From Eledone cirrhosa (lineage: Eukaryota): a stretch of 64,000 bases of DNA. The stretch spans positions 43,090,001 through 43,154,000 of the forward strand of contig OZ024741.1 of assembly GCA_964016885.1 (NCBI GenBank). The letters run 5' to 3'. The stretch's first letter is position 1. Every line of letters starts with the position of its first letter. A program made the translations under genes and the position numbers. Positions 27,200-41,034 of this stretch are shown here, piece after piece. The notes beneath the pieces were generated by a model, which was not told the DNA's origin, searched no databases, and saw only the letters and a program-made list of their open reading frames with translations.

Positions 27200-29634
27200 A
27201 GTTTTGGAAGGAGTGTCCGTGCGGAGTTGGCAAGACGCGAACACTTCTGATTTTTTATTAAGGTGGTTATGGTTTGAGAAGATGATAGTATGGGTCTCTA
27301 GTAGACAGAGGTTACAAAATTTATTAGGTGGTTTGTACGATGTCGCGTTACCTATCACTTCCCATTTAAGTGTATATGGTTTATTTTCAGATTTAGATAG
27401 TGTATGTAGCTAGATAGTGAAGTGGAGTTGGCTAGACTGTGTTTTTTGAAAGAGTTGAGGTGCGAATTGTATCTGGTTTTGAAGCAGTTTGAAGTAGAGC
27501 CTATATAGGTTTCAGAAGAGTTGCTAGTTGTGACTGTGCATGAGTATATGATATCCTTGGTTAAGCATTTTTTATCTAAAGGGCCGGTTCTATTTGATCT
27601 ACAGTTCCAATTATTCTGGGTGTTAGTCTGCCGGTTATTATGTTGTGTAGAAGACTGGATGGCAGCTATAGGGTTATGTTTATGTGGGTTGACGTTCCCA
27701 GCGTTATTGTTTACACTAGTGTTATTACTATTATTTCTATTGATATGAGGGTTAGTTGCTATAATGTTATTTTGAAGGTTTATCGTCTGTTGTGATTTAG
27801 TTTGCTGGAAGTAAGTATTAATTTTTCTTTTATTGCTACTAGCTATGTGGTATGCTATGTTAGGCGTAGTAGAGTAGGAGATTTTAATAGTGTTTTTGTT
27901 TAAAAGGCTATGGTACTTATGGCCGGATGGGAAGTTTTTATCTAGTAGTGAGAAGAAAGCCCTAGGTAGGTTGGTAGAGACGTTTAGATTGAAAGGAGGG
28001 TTGAAAAATGTATTATTTCTTCTTCTAGTTTTGTTTTTTATGTCTGGTGAGTTGTTTCCTTTTATGGTACTATGGTAATTTCTGTCGTGTGGGTTACTTT
28101 TGTTTGCATCTTCCGTATTTGTGTATGTGTGGTTGCTATTCCTATTACTAAATCTCCTCATGGACATGTTGTGCGAAATAATGTTGTAGCTATGTGTTTT
28201 TGTAGGTAGGAACTCGATCTCTATGTTATGGCCTGATCTAGCTAATGCCTGATTATAATATTGCGAGTTTTTGCTAAATATGTTTACGTCATAGGATAGA
28301 TTAGAGATTCTATTAGATACTCCCTTAGAGATAGAGTTTAATATAGATCTAGGGTGGTTAGACTTGGTATCTACGTAAATGAGTGTTTCATTAGGTTTGT
28401 GGAAAGGTGCATATATCTTTGAATCTAGGTAGAGGGTGGCGTCCAGGAAGTTAACGTTTTTAGTGTTTTTGTTCATGGTAATATTAAGGTTATAGTTTTT
28501 GAATGTCTTGTGCAATAGTTTTCTAGTTCTTTCTATATTGAATTTTTTATAATCTATAATTAGAAGTGCATCATCGCGGTACAAACCACCGTTGAGGTAT
28601 GGAAGGACCTTATGTATTTCGTTAAGTAAATATAGGTCGACTAAATCAGTGACCTGCGCCGAGTCACTAGATCCCATGGTAATGTCAAAGTTGTTTTGCG
28701 TATCCTTGCGGGTCCATAATTGGTCTTCAAAGGTGATTACTGTTTTACGGGCCGCAAGTATGACATCAATCTGGGGTCTAGTCAGGTCACTATTGTCCAT
28801 GACCATGATAAGTGCCTTATTTAATAGGATAGAGGTGTAGTATGAATTGCTATCAAATTGAATACATTTTTTATCCTTTTTATCCCTGATATCTTTGAAC
28901 CATTCAATCACTTCACCTGTATTTCCCCATTTGTTTAAGGTATATCTTGTGTTTAATCTGTGGGATGATTTTATCTAAAATTTTCTTACTGATAATGCCA
29001 ATGTCAGACTTGGAAGGGCAGATAAGTCTAATCGAGGGGTTGATAATGAAGTCCTCCTTATGGTCCTTCAGAGAGAATCTAGGGGGGGTTTGGGGTATAT
29101 GGTTGTGTATGTCTCTGGAGTTCTAGATTGGACACTATATTATAGCCTTCCATATTTAATATCTTCTAAGTTTTTCATAGTGGTTTTCTTGTAGCTTTTA
29201 TGTAGTTCATTATATATAAACTTTCTATAAGTATTATAATCTAGCCTGTATATGTTATTAGTTTTGTCCGCATGTACAATAATTTTATTACTAGTTTTGA
29301 AATCATTAATAGAGGTGTTAAGTTTGTTTAAGAAGGTGTTGTTTTTATTACGGTGCTTTTTGTATTTAATATTCTTAACTAGTTTTATTAGGTCATTTTC
29401 AAAGGAGTTTAGGAGTGTGTTATGGGGCGGGCTTCTAAAGGTTTTAAAGCCGAAGGAGTCAAATTTGTTAGTATTATTAACCTTGCTAGATTTGTTTTTA
29501 TCATAATGGAATGTCCTCCATCTCACTCTATTGATAAAGGAATTTACACTGTCGATCAATAATTTTTCATATGTATTTTTGGATGGTATTGGTATGTTCT
29601 TGGTTGACATAGGGAGTTGGTCTTTGATCAGCAT
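27200..29634 (-). pseudogene. Penelope-like RT + GIY-YIG ORF, multiple frameshifts
   Basis: [58 protein letters not shown]; close paralogue of 1353-3842. Confidence 0.92.
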
Positions 29635-29858
29635 ACTGGTAATTTATTGTATGTCAGCTCAACAGTATGGAGCAGTTAATAGTATTAAGGATACTATTTA
29701 TGGTTATGTATATACCAAAATCTTTTATAGTTATATATATATTATACCCTAAATAGTGAAAGACAGTAAGATAAATAGCTCAATGTAACAACATCAGTTG
29801 TTTTACAGAGCAGTTATATAGAGATTACATGAAACAACATTCTGTTTAAATCATTTAT

Positions 29859-29907
29859 TTGCTTTCAATTGTTTCTTCCAAACCGAGGTTTGGTGTCTTC
29901 GGAGCAA
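29859..29907 (-). ncRNA. Degenerate type I hammerhead upstream of the PLE ORF
   Basis: ttgct-CcGAAGA-caccaaac-ctcg-gtttggaa-GAAA-caattg-aa-agcaa then aataaa; two core substitutions. Confidence 0.6.
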
Positions 29908-31347
29908 TTATTCAGTGATTTTTAACATGCTTGACCTCCTTTTCAACACAAGAGACATATAGAAACATATGTATATATTGACCCACAGTGGGTTGAAATC
30001 CATTATAATAATATAGCATGGTAATTTACATACAAAGATTACAGTCATATTAAAGGACAAAATTAAAGTTAAAATTAAAATTAAAATTAAAATAAAACAT
30101 TGGCAGTCTACTAAAATAAAGCAAAAGGAAAGTTTGGAGTAGCCAGTGTATGCAACAGTCACACGTGTGGCATGCACGCGTGTCCTATTTATACAAGATT
30201 ATAGTGCGGCAGATTGTTACAAGTAAAACAAACAGTCAAAGCAGGCAATCAAGAGCATCATGGGGGCTGAACTGGTAAAGCGTTATTCACACACACCTGT
30301 ACGATATAGAATCCCGTGTGTGGAGAAACACAAAAAAATATCAAAAATATTATAAATGAGAAGCAAAACAGCACCACTGTCCTCGTACACACCACCACTC
30401 TCACAATCCAGGAAACGCAATTTATAGACTACATGTCCATCCCACAATCCACGATGATTCAACATTGGGTGCCTGGTGAACCATGCTAGAATATCACAGC
30501 TTGTCGTTCTTTAATTCGATTCTATAGAGCAGTTTGTTTTTGTTGTGAGAGATGACATCGTATTATATTCCGGAAGTGGGTGTGTGTGATTAAGGGGAGT
30601 TAATGCGTATGGGGGAGGTAACTAGCTGATTTCTATAGCTAAATTTATTATCCTAAAGTGCATTAATGGTGTCTCAAATGAGTTCCCATCATATAAGGTT
30701 ATAAACAATTTCTAAATTTAAGTATCTTATCTATAAATTACAGTGTAGTCTATCAAGAAGTACTAAAGTGTTCATATTAGGATGATTACCTTCTATCATA
30801 GAGTGCCCCCACCGAACATTCCACATGAAGAGTCAGATCTCCAAATCAATGATCTTTGTAAGTGTAGTCCACCCGCAGGACCTGGCAGGGTCTTATTAGA
30901 ATCACTTCTATATATGACTCCTGGTAAGTTCTGGGTCATTGCATGTCTGATTGCATGGCAAAGTTAAATATCACTAGGGTAGTCCAGAGATCAATTCTCA
31001 CCTACAAAGACACTAATCTAACCATCAACTCATACATGTATTTATAACTCATACATCACCTGTACATAATTCATTGCACTCAGCATATAGATTATATAGC
31101 TCTTTTATGTTAATAAATAAATTAATTATTTAATCTTCCATTTATCCAATGATGGTACTACATACACAGGACAATGTTAGCACAACCAATTGCGTGCTTA
31201 AAGTTTACATTGGTATAATGTAGTCTAAGCAATTGAAGGCCAATATACCAAAAGTAGAAGCACATGGGGATATCCCCAAGGTAAAAGGTACTAGGAGGAT
31301 GTCACTATTGATGTGTGTGTATGGTGCAATACTAGTTCCACTTAGTA

Positions 31348-32156
31348 TTGCACCACACACACACATCAATAGGCACACCAGCTAATAGGTGCAAACCAGC
31401 AAATAGAGTCAGACGTAGAGAGTACATATGGTATAACCCCGTGTACAATATTTCTATTGGCACTAAGATTATCTCACAATTCTATACACTAATCAATAAA
31501 CACTTTACAACTTCACATAGATACTATAAAATCTTTAACTCGCGCACCATTAGACTATCATACTCCACTGCACCTAACATAGAACAACTAATTAAAAAAC
31601 TCAACTCAGCAATACTAAATAAGTACATCCCTAATGACACAGCGCACCAGCATAGCAACATACACCGCACTAACACGCAACTACAAACCCACCAAACTAT
31701 CCAAGATACTACTGCAAAACATAAAAATAACTGTAACTGCACCAAACCAGGTACGTGCCCACTGAATAACCAGTGCCTAGCACGCAATATTGTCTACCGA
31801 TGTACAATAAATTCCGGAACAACAAATGGTATTACGTAGGATGTACCGCAACATCTTTCAAAGCTCGCCTATACCAACATCGATCTTCGATCAGACACGA
31901 GAAAATGCGCTCCGTAACAACCCTCGCCGATAAAGCCTGGCAGCTCCGGAGGAACAATCAAGCATTCTCCCTTGATTGGCAAATTATCACCGTGGCGCCT
32001 GCATATAAGCAAAATCATCGATTCTGTAAATTATGCAATATGGAGTTATACTGCATTTTAACGTCGGAAAACAAACTTTTGAACAGTAAAATTGAACGTT
32101 CACTTTACTGTAACCATCGTTTGAAAACGACTTTTTCTTTTTTTAAATGCATGTAA
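31348..32156 (+). pseudogene. 5'-truncated Penelope-like GIY-YIG region
   Basis: YIWYNP, RLSYSTAPN, CNCTKPGTCPLNNQC..IVYRC, YYVGCTATSFKARLYQH, CKLCNME. Confidence 0.9.
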
Positions 32157-32565
32157 TGTTACCTTTTTACACCACCGTTTTCAAATTTCTGTTTTATATG
32201 TTTATACACACGATATGGCTTTCTATAATAATAGTACTAAACACTGTTTTGGGGCCCCTTTAGAAATAACCTGCTACTATAATAGCCCCAATAACTTGTC
32301 TGTAACTCTGTACCACTTTGACCCCTTTAACTAAATTTTGTCCAAACAACACCACTAGAAGAATTTACTTCCCCCGCCAACCCTAACACGCCTCATTAAG
32401 CTAACTGCTGCCAAAGCATTCTCTCCTTACAATCTCTACTACTCTGACAGTCTTAAATCCTAGGACTCCCTCCCCCTTACTAGCTTCCCTCTTCCCCTTC
32501 CCTTCCTACCGCCTTCTTTCTCTTTTATCTAGTGTATAAAATATTTTCATATCATTCCACTACAA

Positions 32566-32682
32566 AGGTCTGAAGACATGGTGTGTTTTCTTACAGTGTA
32601 CCTTCGGTTTATGATAATATTGTTATATTATTCAAATATGGAGGTATAGGTAACCCATACACTATAGAAACAATTGTTACCT
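32566..32682 (+). ncRNA. Type I hammerhead in PLE 3' region
   Basis: aggt-CTGAAGA-catggtgtg..tacactata-GAAA-caattg-TT-acct then aataaa. Confidence 0.75.
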
Positions 32683-32830
32683 AATAAATTCTTTATACCC
32701 GCATTTCCGTTTCATAAACTTCTCCATATTTTCTCCGGATTTTAAAACACTTTATTATACGTTGAGCAATCTCCGACGTCGGTTGACTCCATCCAATGCG
32801 ACTACTTAGTAACATTGGAATACAAATTTA

Positions 32831-32874
<44 letters not shown>

Positions 32875-33204
32875 TATATATATGTATATATATATATTTA
32901 TGCCTATATGTGTATGTGTGAGTGTGTACGTATAGCCACGTATGAGTAGGTCTGTGTGTGTACGGGTGGGTAAGTGTGCGTATATATATATATATGTGTG
33001 TGTGTGTATGTATATATATGTGGATGTGTATATGGGTGCAGGTGCATGCATTTGCGGGCCTATATATGTGTGTATATGTATTTGTGCTTACAAGTATTTG
33101 TTTATGTGCATAGGAATTTCTGCGGAAGATTATATAGGGACTATATATATGGTTGTTTTATTATTACTATTATTCTTGTTGTATTATGTTATCATATCCC
33201 TCTG

Positions 33205-33337
33205 TGGGCGAAGCAGTTTTTTTCTGAGTTCAAATCCCGCCGAGGTTGACTTTGCCTTTCATCCTTACGGGGTCGATAAAATAAAGTACCAGTAATGCAC
33301 TGGGTAATTGCTGGCCTTGTGCCTAAAGTAGAAACAG
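33205..33337 (+). mobile_element. SINE, 5' truncated (3' fragment also at ~10550-10608)
   Basis: gagttcaaatcccgccgaggttgactttgcctttcatccttacggggtcgataaa. Confidence 0.85.
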
Positions 33338-33477
33338 TTATCACATATACTCTATATATATCCGTATATAACCGTATATGTATGTATGTATGGGTCCGTG
33401 TACGTGTGCGTGTGTGTATGTGTCGGTGTGTATATATATGTGTGTGTATATATGTGTGTGTATATATGTATAATAGG

Positions 33478-33537
<60 letters not shown>

Positions 33538-33543
<6 letters not shown>

Positions 33544-34437
33544 TATGTTGAGAAGGTAACACACCAGAGAGAGATATATAGTGCGTTATCAATAATACAG
33601 AGAAAAAACCACCAGTGTATGGAATCTATAACCTATGAAAGGCAGACTATAGACACGATAATTAAAAATATAAATTAAAGCGTAAATAAATACCTCTATA
33701 CGTGTCTATAGTCTGCCTTTCATAGGTTATAGATTCCATACACTGGTGGTTTTTTCCCTGTATTATTAATAACGCACTATATATCTCTCTCTGGTGTGTT
33801 ACCTTCTCAACATATATTTTAAAGGGCTCAGGATCTCTTCTCCTTTGAGCACATTATTTACAGGGAATAACGACGGCCTATGCCTCCGTTAATTTATCGT
33901 GATATTTCGCTCCTAATAACAGTCTTTCCTATCTCTGTTTGGTTGAGCACACTTCTCTGAGTGGCTTTGGGCTTCCCTTTCTAGCAGTTCGTCTCTCAGA
34001 GGCCACTGGTTCACTGCCCCTAAATACGCTGTGACTTCTCTCTCCCACGTGTAGCTGGACAGTCAATTATAAAATTCTCTTAGTGTTGTCTGAAATGTAT
34101 GGCCTTACACACGCTGATGAACCGAGACTAGACCATTTCTTTCAACAATTTTTTGGTGAAACATATCTTTGGATTTGTACGTGTGTTATATAGTTATAGA
34201 GGTATTTATTTACGCTTTAATTTATATTTTTAATTATCGTGTCTATAGTCTGCCTTTCATAGGATATAGATTCCATACACTGGTGGTTTTTTCCCTGTAT
34301 TATTGATAACGCACTATATATCTCTCTCTGGTGTGTTACCTTCTCAACATATTATATTTTAAAGGGCTCAGGATCTCTTCTCCTTTGAGCACATTATTTA
34401 CAGGGAATAACGACGGCCTATGCCTCCGTTAATTTAT

Positions 34438-34443
<6 letters not shown>
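33538..34443 (+). mobile_element. Hammerhead element: inverted 33538-33700 plus ~1.4 tandem units of 537 bp
   Basis: cgtgtctatagtctgcc at 33701 and 34238; flanked by (TA)n. Confidence 0.85.
34107..34186 (+). ncRNA. Type I hammerhead ribozyme
   Basis: acacacg-CTGATGA-acc..ggt-GAAA-catatc-tttg-gatttg-TA-cgtgtgt. Confidence 0.85.
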
Positions 34444-34516
<73 letters not shown>

Positions 34517-34843
34517 TCATATTATATATTATATTACATTGTATATTTTTTGTTACGATAATTTTACCGTCATTATACTGTTTCTATTGCATAATGTATT
34601 TTTAACTGTTCACTTACAGGTGTATTTTTATATATGTATATGTGGTAGCACTTTTGTGTGCGTGAAGGCAGATGTGCATGCGTGCAGGTGTATGCATGTG
34701 GCAACACGTATGCGTATGCATGTGTAGATGTATGTATATCGGCATATGCTTGGGTATTTGTATGTATATGTGTGGATGGGCGTACGCATGCTAAGTTGTC
34801 CCTTTTCTATTCTTTTCTGTGTATATATGTATGTATATATATA

Positions 34844-34918
<75 letters not shown>

Positions 34919-35139
34919 ATGTGTCTGTGTGTGTATGTACGTGTGTAGGTAATGTTTATCGTATGTGTATTCGTATACATGTGTGGACATGTGTGAGTAT
35001 ATATCTACGTATATACATGTGTGTATGTATGTGTGTGTGTATATATATGTAGTGAAAAATGGAACGGGAACAAAACAGAGAGGCAGTACGAACAAAAGTT
35101 TATTAGTTTCACGCTCTTGAGAGTGGGGTGGTGGTGGGG

Positions 35140-35174
35140 AACGACGTTTCGGGTATAAGCCCTTCTTCAGGCGA
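35140..35174 (-). ncRNA. Minimal PLE-type hammerhead in 3' UTR
   Basis: CTGAAGA-agggcttataccc-GAAA-cg-TC; stem I weak. Confidence 0.6.
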
Positions 35175-36439
35175 AAAGTGTGTGGGAAGAGAGTTTCAAG
35201 GGTGCGTAGGGGAGTGGGGGAGAGACATTTAGAAAAAAAGGGGTGAGAGGAAACGGTACAAATGAAAATAAATATAAAAACATTAAAAATAAAAATAAAC
35301 ATGAAGATAAACAAGTGGTGGAAGGGTGTGGGGCGTGTAGGGTGGTGGCGGGTGGAGTGGGGAGAGGGAAGTGGGGTATCCGAGTGGGGAGGGCTGAAGG
35401 TGGTGTGTGTGTGTAGGTGTAAGTGTGTGTGTGTGTGTATGTGAATGTGAGAGTTGGGAGAAGAACGGGGTTCAATGTTCAGGAAAAGGTGTGTGTGTGT
35501 GTGGGGTGGGGTATAGGTAGGTGTGTGTGCGTGTGTGGATGGGGAGAGGTCAGAGCAGAGGATTCCGGAGGCTGAGTGTGTAAATATGTGGTGGTACGCT
35601 CGTGTGTGTGGTGTTTATACGTATTGTGGATGTAGGTGGCGTGTGGGAAAAAAAATGGCTTTGAGTGTATGTCCGTGGGTAAGTTCCTAAGGTAGTTCCG
35701 TAGAGGGTGTGGTAGGGTGCCGGATAATTTCCTTGTGATAGAGTTGATTCGTGGGAGCGATGTCCAATGTGTGTAATCCGTGGTTGGGTTGGTCGTAAGA
35801 GGGGAGATGTGGGGTGCGCGCGCAACAGGAAGTGGTTAGAGGGTCAAGGCAGGAGAAGGGTTGTGTGTCTGTGTGTGCGGAGAGGTGGTCAGAGGGTCAG
35901 GGCATAGCAGGAGTAGGGAGAATGACAGATGGAGAAAGTCGGTGTATCAGTGTGTGCGGGGGTGCGGTGGACAGGGGAGAGGATGGGTAGGTGTGAAAGG
36001 TGGAGTGGGGAGGGGGTGTATTAGTAGAGGTGTTAGTGGGATGTGTGTGTGTGAGAGAGAAGGGGTGTGGGTGGAGCGGGGAGAGGGAAGGGGAGAGAAA
36101 GGTGTGGGGGCCGCTGGAAGGGGTGTAGTGTACTGGTGTGTGTGTGCGTGTTTGGATGAGTGTGTATGTGGTGAAGGAGGTGTTAGTGGGTGTTAGTATA
36201 CTGGTGGTGGGGAAAGGATTGAATGCGGGTGTGTTAGTTGAGGTCAGTGGTGGTAGGGTGTGTAGAGTGGGTGGTGTACGTGGGTGTGGGTGGGTATGTG
36301 TGTTCGTGTGCGCGGGGTCGGGTGTTAGTGGTATTAGTTGTGGGGTGGTGGGTGTGGATGTGTGGGTGAGGGTTAGTGGTGGTAGTAGGGTGTGTGGTTA
36401 GTTTGAGTGTGTGTATATATGGGGGGAGGGGGGCAGGGC

Positions 36440-38188
36440 GGTGAAGGCTAAAGGAATAGGCGTGGGGAGTTCAGGCCGGAGATTGTGGGTCTGTAGGGTG
36501 AAGATGGTGCGTTGTTCGTCCCTGAGGCGGGTGGCCATGTTCCGTGGCATTGGAGTAGGCCACACACTGTGTGGTGGTGCGCGGAATGTCCAGGAGAGCC
36601 AAAGTGGCGGGCGATGGGGGAACTACCGCCGAGGCGAATATCCTGGAAGTGTTCGGTAAAACGGTCCGCGAGGCGACGTCCATTCTGTCCGACATAGGTT
36701 GCGCTGCATTCCTTGCAGCGAAGTCCATAGACTAGGCTGGAGGAGGTGCAGCGGAAGGCATGCCGGACAGAGAGAAAGTGGCCGTTGGGACCCTGGAAGG
36801 TGGTGGTATTGGTGATGTGGGGGACAGGTGTTGCAACGAGGCTTGGAACAGGGAAGGGAAAAGGGGGGGGGGGCTGCGGACGAGGAGGGTGCGGAGATTG
36901 CGTGCGCGTTTAAAGGAGGGGAGTGGTGGGGATGGGAAGATGTGGGAGGTTGTGGGGTCGGACTGGAGCAGTCGGAAGAGGCGGAAGATGGTGCTGTGGA
37001 GGGGTAGGATGGAGGGGTGGTAGGTAATGGGGAAGGGGAGACAGTGGGTGGGGTGCGGTAGCGTGGAGTGAGGGTGGTGGAGCCTCGGACAGCACGGGCG
37101 CGAGTGAGAGTGGTGTGGACGAGGGGGGGGGGGGGTGACTGCGGAAGAAATGGCTGACTAGGGAAAGGGCCTGGGACTCAAAGTCAGCATCTCGGCAACA
37201 GAGGCGGCGGATCCTGAGGAGTTGGGAGTAGGGAATAGAGTGTTTAGTGTGTGTAGGGTGGGAAGAGGTGAAGTCGAGGTAGGAGTGGGAGTCGGTGGGT
37301 GTGAAGAAGGCGGAGGTGACGCGGGAGTGGTGGGATGGGTCGAAGGCGACGGAGATATCTAAGAAGTGGACGTGGGTGGTGGAGATAGAGGTGGTGAAGT
37401 GGAGCGAGGGGTGGAAGGAGCAGAAGAAGGAGAGAAAAGAGTCGAGCTGTTCTCGGGTGAGGGTCGTGGCTCCGATACAGTCGTCGATGTAACGACCGTA
37501 CAGTTCGGGCGTGGGGCCGGTGTACTGGGCCTCAACATGGCCAACGAAAAGGTTGGCATAGTTTGAGCCAATTCTTGTGCTCATGGCTACCCCAGTTTTA
37601 CCTGTTGGTAAAACTCACCCGAGAAGGAGAAACAGTTGAGGGTGAGGACCAGCTCGGCGAGTCGAAGGAGGGTGGGAGTGGAGGGGATGGAGGAGGGGCG
37701 AAGGTCGAGGTAGTGCTTGAGGGCACGTAGGCTGTCGGCGTTGGGGATGACTGTATAGAGCGACTTGATATCTAGGGTGAAGAGGAAGGGCTGTGGGTCG
37801 GGTGGGAAGGTGAAGGAGTCGAATAGGCGATGTGCGTGGTTGGTGTCGGAGATGTGGGAGGGGAGTGTGGCGACGAGGGGGGCGAGGATGGAGTCAAGAA
37901 AGGCGGAGAAGAGTTCGGTGGGGCAGTTGCAAGCGGAGACGATGGGGCGGCCGGGGTTGTCGGGTTTGTGGAGTTTGGGGCGGAAGTAGATAGTGGTGAT
38001 GCGGGGGGTGCGGACGATGAGGTGGGAAGCGGTGGTGGGGTGGGGGTGAGGGAGGAGGGGAAAAGGTGTTGGATGGGGGAGGAAACTTGTTGTTGGTAGA
38101 GGGGTGTGGTTTCGGAGGGTAGAGAGAGGTAGAAGAGGGGGTTACGGAGCTGCCTGAGGGCTTCAGCCGTGTAGAGGTCAGCGCGCCA
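36440..38188 (-). pseudogene. Penelope-like (Neptune-type) RT + GIY-YIG, frameshifted; 3' UTR extends to ~35050
   Basis: YFRPKLHKPDNPGRPIVSACNCP, SNYANLFVG, YGRYIDDCIG, VHFLDI, SIPYSQLLRIRRLC, CSKPRCNTC, VYGLRCKECSATYVGQ. Confidence 0.9.
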
Positions 38189-38190
38189 TT

Positions 38191-38255
<65 letters not shown>

Positions 38256-39858
38256 ATAACGAAACGAAATTAAATTTCGTTTCGTTTGTAACTCACTTTT
38301 GTATGACTGACGCTTAAACAATTAAGTTAAAAATGTACATCCATATATGTATACTGAAACACTAGTATGCATATGAATACACACACGTATACATATGTAG
38401 ATGTACCAAGTCTTTCACTGGTTACTTTACTGTGAGTATCCAGCTATTCTGTATGTAAACACACAGACAAACCGGTTTTTAGAGTCATACTGGTTTTTGA
38501 GGAAACACCTTTCCTCTATTCTCCAGAAAGCCAGACAAGGAATATTGAACTAGTTTCGTTGTTGTTACAACTCATCAGCAATATTTACCTATCTACCGGC
38601 CTTTCTAGAGAATCGTAAAAGCACATATCGTTATATGCTTTTTCTATGAAAATTAGTAGTGGGCAGACTAATTTGCATAGAGTGTGAGAACGTACCGGTT
38701 CAACGGAGACGATAAAAACAAATAACGAAACGAAATTTAATTTCGTTTCGTTTGTAATGACTCTAAAAACCGGTTTGTCTGTGTGTTTACATACAGAATA
38801 GCTGGATACTCACAGTAAAGTAACCAGTGAAAGACTTGGTACATCTACATATGTATACGTGTGTGTATTCATATGCATACTAGTGTTTCAGTATACATAT
38901 ATGGATGTACATTTTTAACTTAATTGTTTAAGCGTCAGTCATACAAAAGTGAGTTACAAACGAAACGAAATTTAATTTCGTTTCGTTATTTGTTTTTATC
39001 GTCTCCGTTGAACCGGTACGTACTTACACTCTATGCAAATTAGTCTGCCCACTACTAATTTTCATAGAAAAAGCATATAACGATATTTGCTTTTACGATT
39101 CTCCAGAAAGGCCGGTAGATAGGTAAATATTGCTGATGAGTTGTAACAACAACGAAACTAGTCCAATATTCCTTGTCTGGCTTTCTGGAGAATAGAGGAA
39201 AGGTGTTTCCTCAAAAACCAGTATGACTCTAAAAACCGGTTTGTCTGTGTGTTTACATACAGAATAGCTGGATACTCACAGTAAAGTAACCAGTGAAAGA
39301 CTTGGTACATCTACATATGTATACGTGTGTGTATTCATATGCATACTAGTGTTTCAGTATATATATATGGATGTACATTTTTAACTTAATTGTTTAAGCG
39401 TCAGTCATACAAAAGTGAGTTACAAACGAAACGAAATTTAATTTCGTTTCGTTATTTGTTTTTATCGTCTCCGTTGAACCGGTACGTACTCACACTCTAT
39501 ACAAATTAGTCTGCCCACTACTAATTTTCATAGAAAAAGCATATAACGATATGTGCTTTTACGATTCTCCAGAAAGGCCGGTAGATAGGTAAATATTGCT
39601 GATGAGTTGTAACAACAACGAAACTAGTTCAATATTCCTTGTCTGGCTTTCTGGAGAATAGAGGAAAGGTGTTTCCTCAAAAACCAGTATGACTCTAAAA
39701 ACCGGTTTGTCTGTGTGTTTACATACAGAATAGCTGGATACTCACAGTAAAGTAACCAGTGAAAGACTTGGTACATCTACATATGTATACGTGTGTGTAT
39801 TCATATGCATACTAGTGTTTCAGTATACATATATAGATGTACATTTTTAACTTAATTG

Positions 39859-39860
<2 letters not shown>
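38256..39860 (+). mobile_element. Young retrozyme-like array: 466-bp unit, ~1.1 inverted + ~2.4 direct copies
   Basis: Near-identical units; inversion junction ~38757; flanked by (TA)n. Confidence 0.92.
39126..39170 (+). ncRNA. Minimal type I hammerhead (copies 39592-39636 +, 38541-38585 -)
   Basis: aatattg-CTGATGA-gttg-taacaa-caac-GAAA-ctag-TC-caatatt. Confidence 0.9.
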
Positions 39861-39913
<53 letters not shown>

Positions 39914-40471
39914 ATATATATTTAAATGTATAGAAGGTTGCGCGAATGTGTATGTGCGCGCGTATGTATGTATATATGTGTGTACGTTTGAGTAGGATAT
40001 GCTTTACCTAAGTGATACAGAGCGGGACGTAAGCAATCGTCAGAAGACCTGTGCCGATATGTATCAACAAGTGGGTGTGACTGATTCCGTGGAAGTGAGG
40101 GAGAGAGGGTATGTGAGTATATATACTGCGATGAATGTATGCGGGGGGGGGTGCGCATGTAGGCGTACGAGTGTGTATGTATAGGTAGGTATGTGTCTGC
40201 ATGTGTGTGTCTTTTTATGTGTGTATTCTAGTACGTGTGGGTGCTTAATCTGAAGTGTGAGCAGACGTGTCAAGTACTGAGCCCAGCATGACTCCATTGA
40301 AATGTGTCGGACGGAAAATGGTTGATGAACCGTGAAGCAGCAGATACTGACCAGAACTTGTGATGACGTGGAGTAAAAACAGCCAATGGCATGACAAGAG
40401 TGGAATTAGGTTTTTTTTAGGGTTTTGTTTTGATAACACCTCAGTGATAAATTTGCTCCGGACGTAACACC

Positions 40472-40561
40472 CGTGTCTGAAAGAACCCGGAGAAGTAGAA
40501 TCAGCCAGATCCAACAAGGACCATGACTCGAGCTACATGCCGGCGAAACATTTGTAACGCG
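40472..40561 (+). ncRNA. Type I hammerhead with CUGAAAGA core (copy ~25021-25112 -)
   Basis: cgtgt-CTGAAAGA-acccgg..gccggc-GAAA-catttg-TA-ac(g/a)cg then aaataaa. Confidence 0.6.
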
Positions 40562-40712
40562 AAATAAACTAAGTCCAGATGCATCTCTGATTTTTCGTTT
40601 CCTTTATAATATCTACACTCTACTCTGATGAATATCGAGTGCTAATTTTGGCATACTGCCTATGGAAACACCATAGCTACCACTATACACAACTATATAT
40701 ATATATATATAA

Positions 40713-40788
<76 letters not shown>

Positions 40789-40978
40789 GTGAGGTTTTTT
40801 TTTGTTTATTTTTTTTTTTACAAAATGAAAAATAACCGAAGCGTCCTACACGAGTGAAAGTATAAAGAAAAAAAGATGAAATCGAAAATACAACTGGAGT
40901 CTTATTTTTTTTTTAAAATATATATATATTTTTTTAAAAAATAAGACTCCAGTTGCATTTTCGATTTCATCTTTTTTT

Positions 40979-41034
<56 letters not shown>

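Larger units (their letters stand above)
26310..31308 (-). mobile_element. Penelope-like element with ~780-bp direct repeats (26310-27085 and 30512-31308), a partial tandem/pLTR arrangement with a ~4.2-kb unit
   Basis: Repeat runs ttaattcgattctatagagc..ggatgtcactatt on both sides of the ORF. Confidence 0.88.

Noticed and set aside
40625-40695. ctgatga..gaaac as a hammerhead
   Set aside because: Stems I and III cannot be formed. It is just a repeat also present inverted at ~5450-5505.
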